Of a stretch of DNA of 64,000 nt, positions 57,469 through 64,000 are shown piece after piece. Position 1 is the first letter of the stretch; the number at the start of each line of letters is the position of its first letter. The notes under the pieces were generated by a model. The model was not told the origin of the DNA and ran no database searches. It was given only the letters and a program-made list of their open reading frames with translations. The stretch is from an uncultured bacterium. Its GTDB lineage: Bacteria > JAGOEH01. The stretch covers positions 186,001-250,000 of the forward strand of contig CAZWDO010000001.1 of NCBI GenBank assembly GCA_964632485.1. The letters run 5' to 3'. Both the position numbers and the translations under genes were made by a program.

Positions 57469-60400
57469 TTAGGTTAATAGAGCGGGAGGAATATCAGACA
57501 TGGAAATAGGAAAAAACAAACGGAAAGTGGCGCCTTCCCCGGGAGTTGATTCCAGACGGATATATCCGCTATGTTGTTTTACCAGTCCATATACCATGGA
57601 CAATCCCAGACCGGTGCCTTTACCAACAGGTTTAGTAGAAAAAAACGGTTCAAATATTTTCTGCTGGATATGGCGTGGAATCCCCGGACCATTATCTTTC
57701 ACAGAAATTTCCAAATAATCGCCATAACTGATTTGCTCATCCAACATCGTCAGTGATTCGTTAATAGAGATAAAAGATTGTGAAATGATAATTTCTTTCG
57801 AATCGCATTCCTGCAAAGCATCCTTAGCATTGAGGACCAAATTTAAAATAACCTGGTTTAGCTGGTGGGGATCGACATAAATCTGGTAAGGCAGACTTTT
57901 TTCATCAATATTTATATAAATTTGAATTGTGGTATTTTGGAAATGTTCGATCATTGAACAGACATCATGGATGACTGAAGCCGGATTGATCCACTTGCTT
58001 TCATAGGGTTGTTGCCTGGAATAGGATAGAATTTGGCTGGTCAACCGGGAAAGTGTTGAAGAGGCATTTAGAATCTGTTGTAAATACCTTGACTGTTTTT
58101 CATTGACCTGAGTTTTAGAGAGAAGGTCGCTAAATCCTTTGATAACAGCGTTTAAATTATTGAATTCATGCGCAATTCCTCCGGCCAGAATACCCAGACT
58201 TTCAAGCTTTCGCGCCTGAGAAAGAGCGCTTTCATACGCTACTAATTGAGAAACATTGGTTAGAACACCTTCATAAAGAGGAGATTCCGGATTTTCCGTA
58301 TTGATGAGCACTGTTAGTAAAAAAGTATAATTCACACTCTTAACACTGATTTTCGTGCGATAATTAACCACACTTTTTTTCTTATCGAGAATTTTGAGAA
58401 TTCGCCTGAGTTTGTATGGGGATAATATACTGGTAATTCCCAAAGATGAAACTTGATCTAAAGATTTCAAATTTAAAAAATTTATACCCACTTTATTTAA
58501 ATATTGAAACTCACCCTGGCGGTTAATGATAAAGATAATCTCCTGCGTTTGATCGATAATTCGTTTATATTTCATTTCAGCGCGAATCAATTCAGCCGTT
58601 TTTTGACGGACCATCTCTTCCAAAGATTCGGAGTAGTGTTGCAACTCTTCTGTTTTTATATTCACTTCATTTTCCAAGGTATTAATATACGATTGCTTAA
58701 GCTGGAATATCTTTTTTTGGTGCTGATAACGCATTCTGATAAAAGATATGGCAATCCCGGCCATTGTCAGGCCGATCGCAAAATAAAACCAATTCGAAAG
58801 ATAGAAGGGAAGCACAATTTCAATTTCATATTCCGGAGTAGTTTGGCTATTTATACCGAATTTATCTGCAACACGAAACTGTACCCGATAAGCGCCATGC
58901 TCCAATCCCGACGCGTAAACGTAAGGAGGATTAAGCAGTGGAGACCAATCGCTCATAATGGGATCAATCCGATAGAAATAGTCTAATTCATGATCAGCCT
59001 GATAATTTAGATCAGCCAATTCAAATTGAAAATTATTTTCCAAATAGTTAAGTTTTATTGGTTTATTTAAATCAATCCGTGAATTACCTGCCCAGAAGTT
59101 TTCAATACGGATGGGTTGCAATTGGGGGATTTTTTCATTTATATCCGCCTGATAAAGATAAAACGAGCCCTTCCGTGGAAACAATAAAAATCGCTGGTTC
59201 CAGACAAGCATTATATTAATATTTAACGATTTATCTTTTTTAGTCAATCCATCAGATGATGAAAAAGATCGGCCCCCTCCATGGGGATAAAAAACAAAAA
59301 CTTCTCCGGATATACTTACCCACAGATTTCGAGAGGGATCAACAAACATGTCAATCAATTTTAAACCTTCAGGAATATGCTGAACAAAACGTACAGAATC
59401 GGAATTCCCTATAAACAGGGAATCGTTATTAATCAAATAAAACGAATCGGGACTGATTTGATAGGCATAAAAATATTTATTTAAAAAAGCGGGCAACTTC
59501 AAATTATTTTCGTTTATAAAGAAATCAAACAGCATAAAAAATGTGCCGTAGGAATCAGAAATCGTATTTTTAAAAGTTTTTCGTAAAATGACATCCGCTC
59601 TATCACCCCGATGAATATATTTTAAGTAAAACGCCTCTGAGGAATCAACATTGAATACAGTATCAATCCCCCCGGAAGAATTCAGTCGCAATATCTCTTT
59701 TTTAAGCATAACATATTGTTCATTTTGAAAACAAAAAAAAGACTTGATATCAATATTTGCCAAAAAAGGCAATTTTTTTCTTCCCATTGATTGCCAATTG
59801 TTGGTATTAAGGTATTCAATCGTATGAAATTTGTCCTTCACCCCCAAAATTGTGTCATCAATTGCAATCAAATCCCGTAGATTATCATGGTGATAAACCA
59901 CCTGCGTTTGCATATTAGTGTCAACAGAGATAATTTTAGAATTGGAATTGATAAGTAATTGATGATTAAACGCCAATAAATCATTAATCTCATACGTCAT
60001 AGAATCAAGCAGAAAGGGACTAAACAGCGGATTGGCAATGCAATAAAGTTTAGTAAGTGACACAAACCAAACTAATTTTCTGGAATCAACCATTCCACAC
60101 AGCACACCATCTCCCTGCTCCGCAAATATTTGTACCGAATCCAAAAAACGGTTATCCCGATACGTCAATATTTTATCCCCGCTCACAAAATAGGTTAAGG
60201 TAGGGCTTTGCCAAAACGGAATGATCAATTTATCAGATGTGAAAAGGGGTGTCACCACGGCTGAACGCGGATTCATCCTGACCGCCTTTCGGATACTCTT
60301 TTCACCGCGAATAATCCCATAAGCGATTGTATCATTGACAGGGATAATAGAAATTAATCTATCCATCCATTGTTTAATAGGATATTTTTGAATATCTGTA

Positions 60401-60972
60401 TCTGTATAACGGATCAACTCATTTTTTTTTTGGATCCAAAGCGATTGATCTTCAGGAGAAACTGCTATCTCATTTTTATCAGTTAAAAAATCCAAAGAAT
60501 CATAAGCGGATCCGGTTGGGTCATAAAGGATCAACCGCGCACCGTGATGAAGATTATTCTCCCATTTAATCGCCAATTGATTATGGCCAAATTTTAGCAT
60601 TGTTTTTGGAGATTCGTCAGCCCTTACAATTTCATCAAGTTTTTCCCAATTAGACTGAGTATAAATTTGAATGTTTTTCTTTGTGAGAACCCATACGCGG
60701 CCATTCGGCAAAAAAATCGCATTCCAAATCGAATTTTTCTCTTCATTGAATTTAATTGTAAAAACTTTTTCATAATTGAATCCAGTGAGTTTGAAGATTT
60801 CTTTTTGAGTGATTAAATAAATAAATCCGCAGGTATCCTCAACAATTTTTCTTACGGCCACTCCATGGACGAAATTCAATTCTATTTTCCTGATATTTAA
60901 TTCCTGCCCATATAAAAGATATATACCCATCAGTCCGAAAACCAAAACAAAAGAAAGTGTATGTTTCATCAT
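57469..60972 (-). CDS. Sensor histidine kinase with large periplasmic beta-propeller/Y_Y_Y region and PAS
   Basis: Signal peptide, YFYRI...GAYRVQFRV (Y_Y_Y), TM, PAS, GGIAHEFNN, NLVLNAKDA and GKGTGLGL. Confidence 0.9.
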   Translation of the reverse strand: MMKHTLSFVLVFGLMGIYLLYGQELNIRKIELNFVHGVAVRKIVEDTCGFIYLITQKEIFKLTGFNYEKVFTIKFNEEKNSIWNAIFLPNGRVWVLTKKNIQIYTQSNWEKLDEIVRADESPKTMLKFGHNQLAIKWENNLHHGARLILYDPTGSAYDSLDFLTDKNEIAVSPEDQSLWIQKKNELIRYTDTDIQKYPIKQWMDRLISIIPVNDTIAYGIIRGEKSIRKAVRMNPRSAVVTPLFTSDKLIIPFWQSPTLTYFVSGDKILTYRDNRFLDSVQIFAEQGDGVLCGMVDSRKLVWFVSLTKLYCIANPLFSPFLLDSMTYEINDLLAFNHQLLINSNSKIISVDTNMQTQVVYHHDNLRDLIAIDDTILGVKDKFHTIEYLNTNNWQSMGRKKLPFLANIDIKSFFCFQNEQYVMLKKEILRLNSSGGIDTVFNVDSSEAFYLKYIHRGDRADVILRKTFKNTISDSYGTFFMLFDFFINENNLKLPAFLNKYFYAYQISPDSFYLINNDSLFIGNSDSVRFVQHIPEGLKLIDMFVDPSRNLWVSISGEVFVFYPHGGGRSFSSSDGLTKKDKSLNINIMLVWNQRFLLFPRKGSFYLYQADINEKIPQLQPIRIENFWAGNSRIDLNKPIKLNYLENNFQFELADLNYQADHELDYFYRIDPIMSDWSPLLNPPYVYASGLEHGAYRVQFRVADKFGINSQTTPEYEIEIVLPFYLSNWFYFAIGLTMAGIAISFIRMRYQHQKKIFQLKQSYINTLENEVNIKTEELQHYSESLEEMVRQKTAELIRAEMKYKRIIDQTQEIIFIINRQGEFQYLNKVGINFLNLKSLDQVSSLGITSILSPYKLRRILKILDKKKSVVNYRTKISVKSVNYTFLLTVLINTENPESPLYEGVLTNVSQLVAYESALSQARKLESLGILAGGIAHEFNNLNAVIKGFSDLLSKTQVNEKQSRYLQQILNASSTLSRLTSQILSYSRQQPYESKWINPASVIHDVCSMIEHFQNTTIQIYINIDEKSLPYQIYVDPHQLNQVILNLVLNAKDALQECDSKEIIISQSFISINESLTMLDEQISYGDYLEISVKDNGPGIPRHIQQKIFEPFFSTKPVGKGTGLGLSMVYGLVKQHSGYIRLESTPGEGATFRLFFPISMSDIPPALLT

Positions 60973-60977
60973 TTAAA

Positions 60978-62132
60978 TCACCGGGTATCGATGACCTTTA
61001 CGATTCGATACAAATACTTACTGGCCGAACCGGCCCGTGTTTTTAGAGACGTATCAACGATCTTTGTTTTGGGATTCCGGTAGCGATCGAACTTAATCAA
61101 TACCTTTGGGTGTTGAGGCTCAGATTTGTTTTGCATAATGACCTTTCCCACATCGCCATTTTCGAGTTGGACCAATGTTCCTACTGGATAAAATCCAATT
61201 GTCTCCAACAAATTCATATAAATTTCCCGCGATATTTCCTTATCCACCATTTCGTTCATTTTTCTTAATGCGATAACCGGGCTGACGCGTCGCGAAATAT
61301 CGGCGTTCGCAATCAAATTGTTATAAATATTCGAGGTAACGAGAATCAATTGATTCAATTCAGTATTCAATACTCCTTGCGGATAGCCACTGCCATTGTA
61401 ATATTCATGGTGCATAAGAATATAATGAATAGTTTCCTCATCCATATTTCCCATTTTACGCAAATAGTATTCAGAAAACCCGGGATGTTTGGCCAATTCC
61501 TTTTGCTCGGCCTCAGTTAGCATTCCGATTTTACTTAATATCCGGTTATCAATCTTAATTTTACCCATGTCATGAAGCAATGCGGCCGTACCCAGGCGAA
61601 TCAACTCTTCTTTCTTAAAATTCAGATGCATCCCAAGAAGTAAGGCATTGGTACAGACATGGACACTATGATTCAATAAATTTTGATCTTTATCCTTGAT
61701 TTCCTCAAGACTGGCATAGATTTCTGAATTAGCTTCGATATCAACAATATAATCATTGACGATTGCCTTTGATTTTTGGCCCATTTCTTCATTGATATTA
61801 TTCTCATCAATTACTTTATTAAAAATCTCACCGGTAAGATTGACGACTTTATTAATTTGGGCGCGGGCGGATTCGATTTTTGCGGTAATGTCATTTAACA
61901 CCATTTCTGTAGCGTCGATGGTCTTAGTAACCTCATTCACTCGCTCCTCATCAACAGTTACTCCCGGCAAGGTTGCGTTGACGTACTTAATCCCTTCTTT
62001 CATTAAAATATCGACTTGCTTGGGAGAGGAAATCCGTACTTCTTTCTCCAATAGTAATACACCATCTTTGTTATAGACATTTTTGCCGATTTTCATCCCG
62101 ACTTTTAAATCAGAGATTTTTATTAATGCCAT
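60978..62132 (-). CDS. HD-GYP domain protein
   Basis: N-terminal DLKVGM, HSVHV, LLHDMGK, HHEYYNGSGYP and YPVGTLVQL motifs. Confidence 0.88.
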   Translation of the reverse strand: MALIKISDLKVGMKIGKNVYNKDGVLLLEKEVRISSPKQVDILMKEGIKYVNATLPGVTVDEERVNEVTKTIDATEMVLNDITAKIESARAQINKVVNLTGEIFNKVIDENNINEEMGQKSKAIVNDYIVDIEANSEIYASLEEIKDKDQNLLNHSVHVCTNALLLGMHLNFKKEELIRLGTAALLHDMGKIKIDNRILSKIGMLTEAEQKELAKHPGFSEYYLRKMGNMDEETIHYILMHHEYYNGSGYPQGVLNTELNQLILVTSNIYNNLIANADISRRVSPVIALRKMNEMVDKEISREIYMNLLETIGFYPVGTLVQLENGDVGKVIMQNKSEPQHPKVLIKFDRYRNPKTKIVDTSLKTRAGSASKYLYRIVKVIDTR

Positions 62133-62160
62133 TTCTATCCCCGGTTAAAGTTGCTATACT

Positions 62161-62189
62161 AATATAAACGAATTCGTGGGGATTGTCAA
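62161..62189 (-). promoter_or_regulatory. sigma70-like promoter for the HD-GYP/kinase operon
   Basis: TTGACA-17nt-TATATT on the minus strand. Confidence 0.6.
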
Positions 62190-62220
62190 TATGAAAAAAA
62201 AATACTCCGCATTTTTTATC

Positions 62221-62249
62221 TTGACAAATTATATTGTGATTATTATACT
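62221..62249 (+). promoter_or_regulatory. sigma70-like promoter for rpiB
   Basis: TTGACA-17nt-TATACT. Confidence 0.65.
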
Positions 62250-62403
62250 TTACAGGACTTATAAAAAATCAAGCCTTGAGCTTTTTAAGAAGTGTTAATG
62301 TAGGTTCGCGCAAAACCCATAAAAAGGAAACAGGTCTTTAAACACTCGCTCAAATGGTGATCGAATCGATAGTCAGGTAATCTTCATTATGATAAGGAGA
62401 ACT

Positions 62404-62850
62404 ATGATACGCATCGCAATTGCTTCCGACCATGGGGGATATCAATTAAAAAAGTATTTAATTGAAAACCTACCGCAAAATGAAATCGTATTACTGGATT
62501 TTGGAACTGACTCGGAACAGAGCTGTGATTATCCCGATTATGCCCAAAAAGCCGCATTGGCGGTGGTTCATGGCCAAGCGGAAGCAGCGCTCGTTATCTG
62601 TACGACTGGAAATGGAATGAACATAGCCGCCAATAAAATACAAGGAATTCGATCTGCATTGTGCACGAACACATATTTGGCGGAGATGGCTCGCAAACAC
62701 AACCACGCCAATGCGCTGGCGCTTGGAGCCAAAAACCAGTCGCCCCAGGAGGCGTTACAAATTGTGCTGGCCTTTATTCACACTGAATTTGAAGGCGGAC
62801 GCCATTTACGGCGGGTCAAAAAAATTGAACCTGCGGCAGCCAGTATTTAA
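62404..62850 (+). CDS. rpiB: Ribose 5-phosphate isomerase B
   Basis: ASDHGG, DYPDYA, CTTGNG and FEGGRH motifs; AAGGAG RBS. Confidence 0.96.
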   Translation: MIRIAIASDHGGYQLKKYLIENLPQNEIVLLDFGTDSEQSCDYPDYAQKAALAVVHGQAEAALVICTTGNGMNIAANKIQGIRSALCTNTYLAEMARKHNHANALALGAKNQSPQEALQIVLAFIHTEFEGGRHLRRVKKIEPAAASI

Positions 62851-62851
62851 A

Positions 62852-64000
62852 TCAATTCAGCAAATTGGCGCCATCCATCTCCTTGGGTGGTGTAATATTC
62901 ATTAGAGACAACATTGTCGGCGCTATATCCGCCAAACGTCCGCCAACTTTCAACTGGATGCGATTCTTTTGCAGGTAAGAACGGTTTGAAATCAGATGCA
63001 GCCAGACCAGATTGGTTGTATGCGCTGTATGCGGCTGCCCGGTTTCATAATCAATCATTTGTTCCGCATTGCCATGATCAGAGGTTAAAAACACAACTCC
63101 GTCCTTATTAAGGATCGTTTGAACAACTTCACCCACGCAAGCATCTACGGTTTCAATCGCCTTAACAGCCGCTTCAAATACACCGGTATGACCCACCATA
63201 TCAGGGTTGGCAAAATTAAGTACTATTAAATCATACAGATCGGCATTAATCAGCTCAATTATTTTATTTTTAACTTCAACGGCGCTCATTTCAGGTTGCA
63301 AATCATAGGTAGCCACGCGGGGACTGGGGATTAGAACTCTGTCTTCCTGATCAAAAACAACATCGCTTTGACCATTGAAAAAGAAAGTAACATGGGCATA
63401 CTTTTCGGTTTCGGCAATACGAAGTTGACGCAGGCCAAGATCGGCAAAAACCTGTCCAAAAAGATGGACTAAGGCAATAGGAGGGAAAAGAATCTCGACG
63501 TGAGCACGCGTAGAGTTGGCTACCCCATCATAATACTCGGTCATGCAGATAAATGTCAGTTTTTCCAGAGCGAGCACGGGAAACTCGCTGAACTCGTTTT
63601 CAACAAACGCCCGGGTCAACTCGCGGGTCCGATCCAGTCGATAATTGAAAAACACGACAACATCACCGCTCCGGATAGGTTCAAAATCATTAGTAATGCG
63701 GGGTTTAATGAACTCATCTGTCTCGCCTAAATTATAGGCATCGGCAACGGCTTGCTCAATACCAGCAAATGGGGGCCGCGTGGAAATTCCCTGGGTCAGC
63801 ATATCATAAGCCAACTGCACTCGATCCCAGCGATTATCGCGATCCATACTATAATAACGTCCCGAAATAGAAGCGATATGCCCTGTTTGTTCGGCTTGAA
63901 TAAAATCGAGGACCGGTTGGACATAGGACATAGTAGAGCTGGGCGGCGTGTCGCGGCCATCGGAAAAAACATGAACCAACAATTGGCGGGATGATAATCC
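62852..64000 (-). CDS. gpmI: 2,3-bisphosphoglycerate-independent phosphoglycerate mutase (5' end outside window)
   Basis: DGRDT, GRYYSMDRD, AETEKYAHVTFF, ANPDMVGHTG and SDHGNAE motifs. Confidence 0.97.
   Translation of the reverse strand, partial: GLSSRQLLVHVFSDGRDTPPSSTMSYVQPVLDFIQAEQTGHIASISGRYYSMDRDNRWDRVQLAYDMLTQGISTRPPFAGIEQAVADAYNLGETDEFIKPRITNDFEPIRSGDVVVFFNYRLDRTRELTRAFVENEFSEFPVLALEKLTFICMTEYYDGVANSTRAHVEILFPPIALVHLFGQVFADLGLRQLRIAETEKYAHVTFFFNGQSDVVFDQEDRVLIPSPRVATYDLQPEMSAVEVKNKIIELINADLYDLIVLNFANPDMVGHTGVFEAAVKAIETVDACVGEVVQTILNKDGVVFLTSDHGNAEQMIDYETGQPHTAHTTNLVWLHLISNRSYLQKNRIQLKVGGRLADIAPTMLSLMNITPPKEMDGANLLN

Overview
This is a gene-dense bacterial chromosomal segment, mostly on the minus strand. 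No rRNA, tRNA, CRISPR array or intact mobile element is visible. Two PorV/PorQ-like genes and a secreted protein with an NYPNPFN/FlgD-Ig C-terminal sorting domain point to the FCB superphylum. Canonical TTGACA/TATAAT promoters and Shine-Dalgarno sites suggest a lineage outside Bacteroidota (inference). Housekeeping content: nadCAB; a long truA-htrA-purC-like-psd-pssA-DUF4321-tatA-gatAB-porV-mltD-PASTA-rpe run; an ADP-forming acyl-CoA synthetase; HU plus a tiny bS22-like ORF missed by the ORF track; lolA, comM, long GreA, rnhC, acpS, sucrose genes sps-sus, rpiB and gpmI. Several signalling genes are also present. The top candidate for an undescribed system is a three-gene, translationally coupled operon at 34003-37111. 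It appears to encode a re-split, domain-permuted relative of the B12-dependent lysine 5,6-/ornithine 4,5-aminomutases: a stand-alone dimerisation domain, a B12-domain-first TIM-barrel enzyme lacking the canonical PLP-lysine loop, and a KamB-like P-loop protein. Second is an operon in which two DppA-type binding proteins are coupled to a hybrid histidine kinase with no transporter genes. All homology calls are by eye and from memory of the families, with no database search.
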